From contig QHVB01000028.1 of assembly GCA_003222195.1 (NCBI GenBank), forward strand, positions 91,400 to 155,399: DNA of 64,000 nt. The letters are read 5' to 3'. Origin of the DNA: Gemmatimonadota bacterium (GTDB lineage Bacteria > Gemmatimonadota > Gemmatimonadetes > Gemmatimonadales > GWC2-71-9). Below, piece by piece: positions 25,971-33,838 of the stretch (the stretch's first letter is position 1; each line of letters starts with the position of its first letter). Made by a program: the position numbers and the translations under genes. Under the pieces are notes generated by a model that saw only the letters and a list, made by a program, of their open reading frames with translations, made no database searches and was not told where the DNA came from.

Positions 25971-27550
25971 AGCTGAGCCGTCGGCAAGAACCGCGGCGCC
26001 CGCCGGGGCTTGGCGGCCTGCTCGAACGCATACGCGAGCTTCAAGAGCGTCGACTCGCTGTTCGCCCGTCCGAGGAACGACATCCCCACCGGTAACCCGA
26101 ACGTGTAACCCACCGGCACCGCGATACTCGGATAGCCGGCCACGGCCCCCGGCGTGGAGCTCGCGCCCAGGAAGTGATCGCCGTTCACGAGATCCGTCGG
26201 CCACGGTGGGCTCCCGGTGGGCGCCACGAACGCGTCGAGATTGCTCTGCGCGAAGACGACGTCGAGCCCTTCGGTCCGCGACAGACGCTGATCCTTCGCC
26301 AGCGCGTCGCGGTACACCTGGTCAGTGAGCGGCCCCTTCTGCTGCGCTTGCAGGAACAGCTCCTGTCCGAAGTACGGCATCTCCTGGGCCTTATTCGCCT
26401 CGTTGAAGGCGATCACGTCTGCGAGCGTCTTGACCCGCGCGCCCGGCGCCCACGTGGCGAGATAGGCGGCGAGGTCGGCCTTCAGCTCGTACAGCAGCAC
26501 GATGAGCTCCGAGTCGTCGTACTCGCCGGCATGCGGGATGTCCGCCGGATCGACAATCACCGCACCCTGCGACTTCAGCACGGCGATCGCGGCTTCGACC
26601 AACGCATCCGCTTCGGGGCTGTAACCGAAGAACTTTTTGCGGGCGACGCCGATCCGCGCGCCGCGCAAACCGGCCGGGTCCAGGCTCGCGCTGTAGTCCC
26701 GCCCCGCAAGCACACCCAGGAGCGCGGCCGCGTCGGCGACCGTGCGCGCCATCGGTCCGGCCGTGTCCTGACTGTGTGCGATCGGAATGATTCCCGCGCC
26801 GTCGATCAGGCCGACCGTCGGCTTCACGCCCACGAGCGAGCAAGCGCCGGAAGGACACACGATGGAGCCATCGGTCTCTGTCCCGATCCCGACGGCCGCA
26901 AAGTTGGCGGAGATTGCCGCGCCCGTCCCGGAGCTCGAGCCGCACGGGTTGCGGTCCAGCGCGTAGGGGTTCGCGCATTGCCCGCCGCGGGCGCTCCAGC
27001 CGCTGGAGGATTGGTTCGAGCGGATGTTCGCCCACTCGGACAGATTTGTCTTGCCGAGGATCACGGCACCGGCCGTGCGGAGCCGGGCGACGAGTGGCGC
27101 GTCGCGGGGCGGCGTCACGCCGGCGAGCGCCAACGACCCGGCCGTCGTCATCATCCGATCGACCGTCGCGATGTTGTCCTTGACCAGCACCGGAATCCCG
27201 TGCAGCGGCCCGCGCACGTGACCCGCTTTGCGCTCGGCGTCGAGGCGGTCGGCGACCGCGAGCGCGTCAGGATTCGTTTCCAGCACGGCGCGCAGCCTGG
27301 GATCGAGCTCGGCGATGCGCGCGAGATACGCGGCGCAAATGGAATGCGAGGTGCGCGCGCCGGAGCGCATCGCGTCTTGCAGTTGCGTGATGGTCGCTTC
27401 TGCGAGGTCGAAATCGGACGTGCGCGGTAGGGGCGCAGCATGCTGCGCCCCTACCATCGGCCACGGCCGTACTTGTTGGGACATCATCGATCCGGCAACC
27501 GCACCAGCACCGTACGTGAGGAAAGCGCGCCGACTCAAACCGTCCGTCAT
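25967..27550 (-). CDS. Amidase-signature family amidase with a Tat signal peptide
   Basis: ATG at 27550 preceded by GGAGG. MTDGLSRRAFLTYGAGAVAG (twin-arginine motif). GIPVLVKDNI...GGSSSGTGAAISANFAAVGIGTETDGSI (AS signature). Confidence 0.9.
   Translation of the reverse strand: MTDGLSRRAFLTYGAGAVAGSMMSQQVRPWPMVGAQHAAPLPRTSDFDLAEATITQLQDAMRSGARTSHSICAAYLARIAELDPRLRAVLETNPDALAVADRLDAERKAGHVRGPLHGIPVLVKDNIATVDRMMTTAGSLALAGVTPPRDAPLVARLRTAGAVILGKTNLSEWANIRSNQSSSGWSARGGQCANPYALDRNPCGSSSGTGAAISANFAAVGIGTETDGSIVCPSGACSLVGVKPTVGLIDGAGIIPIAHSQDTAGPMARTVADAAALLGVLAGRDYSASLDPAGLRGARIGVARKKFFGYSPEADALVEAAIAVLKSQGAVIVDPADIPHAGEYDDSELIVLLYELKADLAAYLATWAPGARVKTLADVIAFNEANKAQEMPYFGQELFLQAQQKGPLTDQVYRDALAKDQRLSRTEGLDVVFAQSNLDAFVAPTGSPPWPTDLVNGDHFLGASSTPGAVAGYPSIAVPVGYTFGLPVGMSFLGRANSESTLLKLAYAFEQAAKPRRAPRFLPTAQL
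27426..27455. repeat. 30-bp perfect palindrome inside the amidase CDS; its 27-nt core is identical to the intergenic terminator at 62718-62744
   Basis: ggtaggggcgcagca|tgctgcgcccctacc. On the minus strand it encodes VGAQHAAPLP, between the Tat signal and the mature amidase domain. Confidence 0.8.
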
Positions 27551-27654
27551 GAAGGCCTCCGGTAGGGGCCACCAAGTCTGTTTCCGTGATTTCCAGCGCG
27601 CCAGGTCACGTGATTCCCAGCACGATTGGGGTGCCCATCTTGCGGTAACTTGCT

Positions 27655-29364
27655 GTGGATGAATCTTGTGGCAGCCAACGGAGGGACGACGCCCTGACTT
27701 TTCTCCGCTTTCCACAGTTCTCGAGCATCCGAACCAAGATGCTGATGTTCGCCGTCCTCGCGACCTTGCTCCCGTCGCTGACGACGGTGTGGATTTCATA
27801 CATCGAGAACAAGCGCGCCCTCCAGGCGAAAGCCTCAGAGGAGTTGCTGGGGGTGAGCGCGCAAGCGCTGCGCGAAGTGGATCTCTGGACCAAGGAGCTC
27901 CGCTACGATCTGCGCGTATTCGCGAGCTCCTATGAGGTCACCGAGAACCTCGAGCGCATTCCGCTCGTGAACGGCGAGCCGGTGCACTCCGGCATCTACT
28001 TCAAGCGCCTCACCGATTACCTCAACTCGGTGCGCGACCGGTTCGCCGACTACGCCGAGCTGCTCGTGCTCGATCATCACGGCCACGTCGTCGCGACCAG
28101 CGCCGCGCAGCCGCGACCCGTGCCGCTCGCCCCGGACTGGGCGTCGGAGCTGACGAGAAACGACTGGGCCCCTGGTCCACCGTATTGGGACTCCGCCGGC
28201 ACGCACGCCGAGATGTTCGTGTCGGTCCCGATCGAATCGGCGCGCGGGGCTGGACGCGGCACCAGCGGGATCCGCCTCCTCGGCGCCCTGGCCTCGCGCG
28301 TGAACCTCCGAACCGTCGCCGACACCTTGCGGCGGTTTGCTCCCGGCGAAACCGGCCAGATTTACCTCATGACCCGAACCGGCCGGCTCATCGTCAGCTC
28401 AAAAGGCAGCTCGCGGGAGTTGATGCGGCAGGGATATTCGCGCGACGCCGTCAACTGGCTGCTGGCTCGTGAAGGCCGCGCGATCCAGTTCGGCGGTTTC
28501 ACGGGGGACCGCGTCGTGGGCAGTGTGCGCATGGTGCCCGCGTTGAACTGGGTGGTCGTAGCCGAGATTCCTACGGCCGAAGCGTTCCAGCAGGTCGCCC
28601 ACCTCCGCAACGTCACGCTCGGCATCGTGTTGTTGCTGCTCGCCGTCGTCGGCGCGCTCGCCTACTTGCTAAGCCTGCTCATCGTGCGGCCGCTCAACCG
28701 TCTCGCACAAGCCGCCGCCAAAGTGGCCAGGGGCGACCTCGATGTCGGCCTCCCCGTGACTCCGGGCGGGGGCAGCGAAGTCGGTTACCTGACCGAAGTC
28801 TTCAATGACATGGTCGCCCGGCTGCGCGACAGTCGCACGGAGCTGGAGCGGCTCTCAGCCACTGATCCGTTGACCGGGCTATTCAACCGCCGCCGGGTGA
28901 TGGAAGTCCTCGAGAACGAGGTCCGCCGCTCCCGACGCCTGCGCCATCATTTCTCCGTCGTGATGGCCGACGTGGATCTGTTCAAGCGCTACAACGACGA
29001 GCACGGCCATCCCGCCGGTGACGAGGTGTTGAAGCGGGTGGCGGCCATCATGCGGGAGGCGAGCCGCGACGTGGATTTCGTGGCGCGCTATGGCGGCGAG
29101 GAATTCCTCATCATGCTGCCGGAGACGGAGCTTGACGGCGCGACCGAATTCGCCGAGCGGGTTCGGAAGAAACTGGCGAAGGACAAACTGCCGGCGGGTC
29201 GCATCACGCTCAGTATGGGTGTCTCCGCATTTCCGATGCACGCCGATGCCCCCGACCAATTGATCGCGGAAGCGGACGCCGCGCTGTATCTCGCGAAGCG
29301 CGCCGGCGGCGACCGCGTCGTCGCTGCAGCGCGTCCCAAGGGGCCTATTGTCGCCGGTCGATGA
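27655..29364 (+). CDS. Sensor diguanylate cyclase (periplasmic Cache-like domain, HAMP, GGDEF)
   Basis: TM helix, then an extracytoplasmic domain of about 280 aa, a second TM helix, HAMP (IVRPLNRLAQAAAKVARGDLDV), then DPLTGLFNRR...DVDLFKRYNDEHGHPAGDEVL...RYGGEEFLIML with an intact GGEEF. The start is uncertain (GTG at 27655 or ATG at 27739). Confidence 0.85.
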   Translation: MDESCGSQRRDDALTFLRFPQFSSIRTKMLMFAVLATLLPSLTTVWISYIENKRALQAKASEELLGVSAQALREVDLWTKELRYDLRVFASSYEVTENLERIPLVNGEPVHSGIYFKRLTDYLNSVRDRFADYAELLVLDHHGHVVATSAAQPRPVPLAPDWASELTRNDWAPGPPYWDSAGTHAEMFVSVPIESARGAGRGTSGIRLLGALASRVNLRTVADTLRRFAPGETGQIYLMTRTGRLIVSSKGSSRELMRQGYSRDAVNWLLAREGRAIQFGGFTGDRVVGSVRMVPALNWVVVAEIPTAEAFQQVAHLRNVTLGIVLLLLAVVGALAYLLSLLIVRPLNRLAQAAAKVARGDLDVGLPVTPGGGSEVGYLTEVFNDMVARLRDSRTELERLSATDPLTGLFNRRRVMEVLENEVRRSRRLRHHFSVVMADVDLFKRYNDEHGHPAGDEVLKRVAAIMREASRDVDFVARYGGEEFLIMLPETELDGATEFAERVRKKLAKDKLPAGRITLSMGVSAFPMHADAPDQLIAEADAALYLAKRAGGDRVVAAARPKGPIVAGR

Positions 29365-30082
29365 GACTCTGGTGAATCCAGCCGGACCGGTCGCCGTCGT
29401 CCTTGATGCGCACCCACTGATCCACGTATGAGTAGGCCACGAGCGGTGTGCCACCCTCCAGCGTAAATACCACTTTGAATCCTGCGCCCGGCCCTTCTCG
29501 GACGTTGGCGCGACCCGTCGTTTGCAGCCGGAGCGGCAGCGCAAAGGGGGTCTCGCCTTTGCGCATCGCGCCACCGCCCCGATCGTTGCTCGCGACCCGT
29601 CCCCGTCCCGCGGCGGCGGCGTTCTTCGCCTCGCTCGACAGGTACAGCGCGCCGGCGTAGTTCTGCTGGTCGAACTCCGCCGTCGAGAGCTGCAGCAGCT
29701 GCGTCCCCTGGGCGTACTCCGGCGGCGGCTGCGAGTTGCTCCCATTTGCCGAACGCAAGGCCTGCAACGCGATCTCCGCCTCCGCCATTCCCGACGCCGC
29801 CTCGGCGCGAGTCGCCAGCGATTGCAGTTTGGCCATTGACCGGACGACCTCGCGTCGCGCGTCGTCCAACCGGCTCTGCAGCTCGGCGACCTGGGCATCC
29901 TGTTCGAGCACTTTCAGCTCGAGGCGGGCGGCGCGTTGCTCGAGCGCGGTGTCGCGCACCAACACCGGCTGCCGCGACACGCGCGCGCTATCACGCGGTG
30001 CCCGGACCGGGGGCGGGTTGCTCGCATGCGGATGGTGACACGCGGCCAGGAGGACAACGGCCACAATAAGGAAGGGGCGCAT
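29345..30082 (-). CDS. Lipoprotein with a coiled-coil region and a C-terminal bacterial SH3 domain
   Basis: ATG at 30082 gives MRPFLIVAVVLLAAC (lipobox). LELKVLEQDAQVAELQSRLDDARREV is a heptad-like stretch. The C-terminus ANVREGPGAGFKVVFTLEGGTPLVAYSYVDQWVRIKDDGDRSGWIHQSLI is SH3b-like. Confidence 0.65.
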   Translation of the reverse strand: MRPFLIVAVVLLAACHHPHASNPPPVRAPRDSARVSRQPVLVRDTALEQRAARLELKVLEQDAQVAELQSRLDDARREVVRSMAKLQSLATRAEAASGMAEAEIALQALRSANGSNSQPPPEYAQGTQLLQLSTAEFDQQNYAGALYLSSEAKNAAAAGRGRVASNDRGGGAMRKGETPFALPLRLQTTGRANVREGPGAGFKVVFTLEGGTPLVAYSYVDQWVRIKDDGDRSGWIHQSLIDRRQ

Positions 30083-30285
30083 AGGGCGACTAAGTTGCAC
30101 GCGGAGGTGCGTTCGTTCAACCGTCGGCCATTGACTTCGCTTTGTACGCTGGTGATCCTTCGGGCGAGCGAAGGGGCCACGGCATGGTGCCGTGTGCTGG
30201 ACACCAGTGGACTGATCGAGGACCTGTGTCGCGTGCGGTCCTCGCGTCGTTTTCTGGGTCGAGCTTCTCACTCTGGGAAGGGCCA

Positions 30286-30462
30286 ATGGAAGTCACGCTG
30301 AAGGAGACCGACCGGCTGGAAGTCGTCTTGAAAAAATTCCGCCGCGAGATCACCAAAGCGGGGCTCTTCCAGGACATGAAGAAGAAGCGCTTCTACGAGA
30401 GTCCCGCCGTTCAACGGCGGCGCAAGAGCCAGGCAGCTCGCCGCCGGAACCGTACACGCTAG
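30286..30462 (+). CDS. rpsU: 30S ribosomal protein S21
   Basis: [58 protein letters not shown], 58 aa, matching the classical S21 pattern. Confidence 0.9.
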   Translation: MEVTLKETDRLEVVLKKFRREITKAGLFQDMKKKRFYESPAVQRRRKSQAARRRNRTR

Positions 30463-30476
30463 GGAGCAACGCACAG

Positions 30477-30686
30477 ATGGCACGCATCACCGGTACCGTG
30501 AAGTGGTTCAACGACGCCAAGGGTTTCGGTTTCATCACGCCCGAGAACGGCGGCAAGGACTGCTTCGTGCATCACAGCGCGATCCAGGGTGAGGGGTTCA
30601 AGTCGCTGGCCGAGGGCCAGCGCGTGGAGTTCGAAATCGTGCAGGCCCAGAAAGGTCCGGCGGCGCAGAACGTCGTGAAGCTGTAG
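30477..30686 (+). CDS. Cold-shock protein, CspA family
   Basis: [36 protein letters not shown], with RNP1 (KGFGFI) and RNP2 (VFVHHS-like) motifs. 14 nt downstream of rpsU with a GGGAG SD. Confidence 0.95.
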   Translation: MARITGTVKWFNDAKGFGFITPENGGKDCFVHHSAIQGEGFKSLAEGQRVEFEIVQAQKGPAAQNVVKL

Positions 30687-30708
30687 CCACCCACGGAACC
30701 TGTAGGCA

Positions 30709-30734
30709 CACGGCGCCCCCAACCGGGCGCCGTG
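30709..30734. terminator. Hairpin terminator between the convergent csp gene and the small-ORF gene
   Basis: CACGGCGCCC (30709-30718), loop ccaacc, GGGCGCCGTG (30725-30734), followed by ctgttg. Confidence 0.55.
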
Positions 30735-30740
30735 CTGTTG

Positions 30741-30941
30741 TCAGGCGGCCTCGCCGTCCGGCGTCTGATCCTCATCGGGGCCACCCAGCATGGGCGGGTG
30801 CTCGTAGACGATGGGGGGCGAACAGGTACAGGGGGATGCCTGCGGCATCGCGTACTGCGCGCTGGCGCGCGGCGGACGGTACTCGATGGTCGCGGCATCC
30901 TGGATAACGCCGCCACAAAAGTGGCAGTGGATCTGGGACAC
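30741..30941 (-). CDS. Small hypothetical Cys/Pro-rich protein (66 aa)
   Basis: GTG at 30941 preceded by AGGGGAGGGTGG (strong SD). VSQIHCHFCGGVIQDAATIEYRPP...SPCTCSPPIVYEHPP. No family recognised. Confidence 0.4.
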   Translation of the reverse strand: MSQIHCHFCGGVIQDAATIEYRPPRASAQYAMPQASPCTCSPPIVYEHPPMLGGPDEDQTPDGEAA

Positions 30942-31096
30942 GGTCCCACCCTCCCCTCGGGCGCGGGCGACCCCTACCATTCACTCCCGACCCCGGAAAA
31001 GGCAAGCGGAACCTTCCGGCCCCGCCTTGACTAATGCCTTGGAAATTGACCAACCTATCTACACCCGTCGCGTCCCGGAACGAGGGCCGTCAGTCC

Positions 31097-31780
31097 ATGA
31101 CCAAGCGAATCCAGATCCTCGTCATCGAAGACAATCGTCTGCTGCGTGATGGTCTCGCAGCGCTGTTGGATTCCCAATCCGGATTCAAAGTTGTCGCCTC
31201 CGCTGAAGGCGCCTCGACCGCGCTGCAGCGGCTGCAGGAACAGAAGCCACACGTGGTGCTCGTCGACGCTGCACTCGGGCGCAATCGCAGCCAGCGCCTG
31301 GTCGAAAGCATCAAGGAAGCGGCGCCGCATTCTCGGATCATCATGATGGACATGCTGCCGGAAGAGGAAGACGTCATCGACTTCATCAAGCGGGGCGCCA
31401 ATGGGTTCATCGCGAAAGACGCGGCGCTCGAGGATCTCGTCGACACCATCAGGCAGGTCGCCAACGGCGGCGACGTCGTTCCCGCCGCGCTGACGGGCAC
31501 GCTGCTCTCCCACATCGCGAAGCAGGCGTCGGTGCTGCGCAACACGCCGATGATGGCGTCGGTGCGGATGACCAAGCGCGAGCAGCAGATCACGGATCTG
31601 ATCGCCGAAGGTCTGAGCAACAAGGAAATCGCGCAACGGCTCAACATCGCGACGTACACGGTGAAGAGCCACGTGCACAACATCCTCGAAAAGCTGGCGT
31701 TGCACAGCCGGCTCCAGATCGCGGCGCACGCGCACAAGAAGACCGCCCCGAAGGGCGATCGCCGCAGGTTCGTCCGCTAG
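31097..31780 (+). CDS. NarL/FixJ-type response regulator (receiver plus LuxR HTH); no kinase gene adjacent
   Basis: IQILVIEDNRLLRDGL...HVVLVDAAL (acceptor Asp), ...GANGFIAKD, and C-terminal MTKREQQITDLIAEGLSNKEIAQRLNIATYTVKSHVHNILEKL. Confidence 0.9.
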   Translation: MTKRIQILVIEDNRLLRDGLAALLDSQSGFKVVASAEGASTALQRLQEQKPHVVLVDAALGRNRSQRLVESIKEAAPHSRIIMMDMLPEEEDVIDFIKRGANGFIAKDAALEDLVDTIRQVANGGDVVPAALTGTLLSHIAKQASVLRNTPMMASVRMTKREQQITDLIAEGLSNKEIAQRLNIATYTVKSHVHNILEKLALHSRLQIAAHAHKKTAPKGDRRRFVR

Positions 31781-31787
31781 CCGTCTC

Positions 31788-32363
31788 CTAGCGCGAGAAA
31801 TCGACCTTCGGCGCTTCCGCGGCGCCGGGCGTTTGCAATTCGAAATAGGGTCGCGATTTCTTCCCGAGCACCTTCGCGGTGAGCACCTGTGGGAAGCGGC
31901 GAATGTATGCGTTGTACCCGTTCACGGTTTCGTTGTAGTCCTGACGGGCGACCGCGATCCGGTTCTCTGTCCCTTCCAGCTGATCCTGCAACGCGCGGAA
32001 GTTCTCGTTGGACTTGAGCTGGGGATAATTCTCCGCGATCGCGATCAGCCGGCCGAGCGGCGCGGTGAGTGCGGCGTTGGCGGCCGCCATCTGTTGCAGA
32101 TCGCCGCTCTGCACCGCACCCGCCAGCTTCGCACGCGCTTCCGCCACCTGAATGAAAATCGTCTGCTCCTGTTTCGCGTACCCCTTCACCGTCTCGACGA
32201 GATTGGGGACCAGATCGGCGCGACGCTGCAGCTGGACTTTGATCTGCGACTCAGCGGCGTTCACCTTTTCGTCCATTGTCTGAATCGTGTTGTAGCCGCA
32301 ACCCGCTATGACAAGAAGCGCCAACGGCAAGGTAATCGCGGTCCGGCGTGGATACGCGTTCAC
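31788..32363 (-). CDS. lemA: LemA family lipoprotein
   Basis: LALLVIAGCGYN lipobox. VNAAESQIKVQLQRRADLVPNLVETVKGYAKQEQ...ENYPQLKSNENFRALQDQLEGTENRIAVARQDYNETVNGYNAYIRRFP is the canonical LemA sequence. Confidence 0.9.
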   Translation of the reverse strand: MNAYPRRTAITLPLALLVIAGCGYNTIQTMDEKVNAAESQIKVQLQRRADLVPNLVETVKGYAKQEQTIFIQVAEARAKLAGAVQSGDLQQMAAANAALTAPLGRLIAIAENYPQLKSNENFRALQDQLEGTENRIAVARQDYNETVNGYNAYIRRFPQVLTAKVLGKKSRPYFELQTPGAAEAPKVDFSR

Positions 32364-33034
32364 GAAGGGTTCCTTTCCATACGGTTCACGTACTCCGCCG
32401 TGCGCGTGACCGCATCGAGATACGCGGCCGGCTCGGCAAGGCTATCAGGAGCGAATCCTACCAGCGCGGCGGCGTCACGCACCAGGGCGTCGCGGGCGGC
32501 CGGCGCCGGACGACCCGCGAGGCGCAGCACGGCGCGGAGCATCGTCAAGAAACTCGAGCGCGTCTCGCGTACGACCTCGGCCAGCCGCTTGGGCTGGCTC
32601 CAGTAGGCGGCGAACGCCTGCCGCAGGTGCATGAGCTTCCCCATCAGCTCGTGCTCAAGCTGGCGGCGGAGGTGCTCACGACGAACGCTGATACCGGCCC
32701 AGGGGTCACGTCCCGCCAGAACGCGGTGTGCTTCGCGGATGTCTTCGTACTCGATCGCGAATGCGTCGGCGGAGTCTCGCCATTCACTATCGGTCATCAT
32801 GAGCGGCGGCGGGTGGCCGCTGGCGATCCACTTCCGTACCGGCTTGGCCAGCTTCCCGAACAGTTCGACGTCCATGGACCCACCGACCGCGCGCACGATG
32901 AGCAAGGTGTTCATCGCGGCGGCCGCCTCGGCGGGATGGCGGGCAGCCGAGCCGTAGAGCAGCAGGGTGGCGAGCCGTGTGCCAAGGGCGTCAGTCAGTT
33001 GCACCGCAAAATCGTCCACTGTCATTCGCGCCAT
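32360..33034 (-). CDS. Hypothetical protein with a degenerate minimal-nucleotidyltransferase-like N-domain and a helical C-domain
   Basis: ATG at 33034, 1 nt after the TPM gene stop; its own stop overlaps the lemA ATG. LLLYGSAARHPAEAAAAMNTLLIV resembles the NTase hG[GS]...DxD strand but has MN in place of the Asp pair. The C-domain contains RRQLEH (R-x4-H). Confidence 0.55.
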   Translation of the reverse strand: MARMTVDDFAVQLTDALGTRLATLLLYGSAARHPAEAAAAMNTLLIVRAVGGSMDVELFGKLAKPVRKWIASGHPPPLMMTDSEWRDSADAFAIEYEDIREAHRVLAGRDPWAGISVRREHLRRQLEHELMGKLMHLRQAFAAYWSQPKRLAEVVRETRSSFLTMLRAVLRLAGRPAPAARDALVRDAAALVGFAPDSLAEPAAYLDAVTRTAEYVNRMERNPS

Positions 33035-33035
33035 A

Positions 33036-33800
33036 TCAGAATCTTCCTCCCGCTCCGCCACCCGAGAATCCTCCCCCGCCCCCGAATCCCCCAAAGCCAC
33101 CGCCGCCCCCTCCTCCTCCCCAGCCACCCCCACCCCCACCCCAACCGCTGCCGCCGCGGCCCTGACTCAAGATCCAGAACGGCACCCAGAGCAGGCGGCC
33201 GCGGGTGATGATCAACAGCAGAATCAGGACCGCAATGATCCATCCGAGGGGGATCGTGACTTGGGGCCGGGCGTCGGACGCCGGCGGCGGCATCGCGTAC
33301 TCGGGGCTTGTGAGCGTCACCCCGAATTCGGCGGCAAACGCCTGGGCAATCAGGTCGACGCCGAGGGATAAACCCTTGCGGTAGTCCTCCTGGGCGAGCA
33401 GTGGAAGCATCGCTTCGCGGATCCTGCCAACGCGAGCATCCGTCAAGAATCCTTCGGCGCCGCGGCCGGTCGCGATGAAGACGTCGCCCGTGCCGGGCCG
33501 ATGGCTCTTGCGCGGCACCAGTAATACGACGACCCCGAGGTTTTTACTGCGGTCGCCGGCTTCCGCTTTGGCGCCGACTCCCCACTGCCGCCCGATTTGC
33601 ACAGCAACGTCGCTGGCGGCGCGGTCGCCGATGTCGGTCAGCGTCGCGACCGCGATCTCGCCTTTGGTCTTGTCCCGAACCTCGGCGATGACGGCCTCCA
33701 TATGCCGGCTCGACGCCGCATCGAGGACACCGGCGAAGTCGTTGACGAATCCGCGCGGCGGTGGAATCGAGATTTGGAGGAGAACGGCGAGAAGGATCAG
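33036..33800 (-). CDS. TPM-domain (YgcG/TLP18.3-like) membrane protein with a Gly-rich C-terminal tail
   Basis: PRGFVNDFAGVLDAASSRHMEAVIAEVRDKTKGEIAVATL...VVLLVP...IATGRGAEGFL is the TPM fold signature, followed by a TM helix and GGSGWGGGGGGWGGGGGGGGFGGFGGGGGF. The domain starts upstream of the first ATG (33701). The 5' end is drawn at the CTG at 33800 and is unresolved. Confidence 0.75.
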   Translation of the reverse strand: MILLAVLLQISIPPPRGFVNDFAGVLDAASSRHMEAVIAEVRDKTKGEIAVATLTDIGDRAASDVAVQIGRQWGVGAKAEAGDRSKNLGVVVLLVPRKSHRPGTGDVFIATGRGAEGFLTDARVGRIREAMLPLLAQEDYRKGLSLGVDLIAQAFAAEFGVTLTSPEYAMPPPASDARPQVTIPLGWIIAVLILLLIITRGRLLWVPFWILSQGRGGSGWGGGGGGWGGGGGGGGFGGFGGGGGFSGGGAGGRF

Positions 33801-33838
33801 CGCCTCTTCAGGTGTTCGTTAAGATTGACCAGCAATAT

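Noticed and set aside
30131-30159. TTGACT-N17-GATCCT as the rpsU promoter.
   Set aside because: The -35 hexamer is good but the putative -10 is poor, and promoter consensus for this lineage is unknown to me. The evidence is too weak to list as a feature.
33060-33140. Low-complexity C/G-rich DNA at 33060-33140, 55560-55640, 62790-62860 and 50790-50830, checked as a possible CRISPR array, tandem repeat or G-quadruplex array.
   Set aside because: There are no regularly spaced direct repeats with unique spacers. All four stretches are explained as codon-level Gly-, Trp/Gly- or Pro-rich protein tails or linkers within supported ORFs.
32977-33165. A poly-proline ORF (PPPPNPPKPPPPPPPPQPPPPPP) on the plus strand.
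   Set aside because: It is the reverse-complement reading of the Gly-rich tail (GGGGGWGGGGGG) of the TPM protein, not an independent gene.
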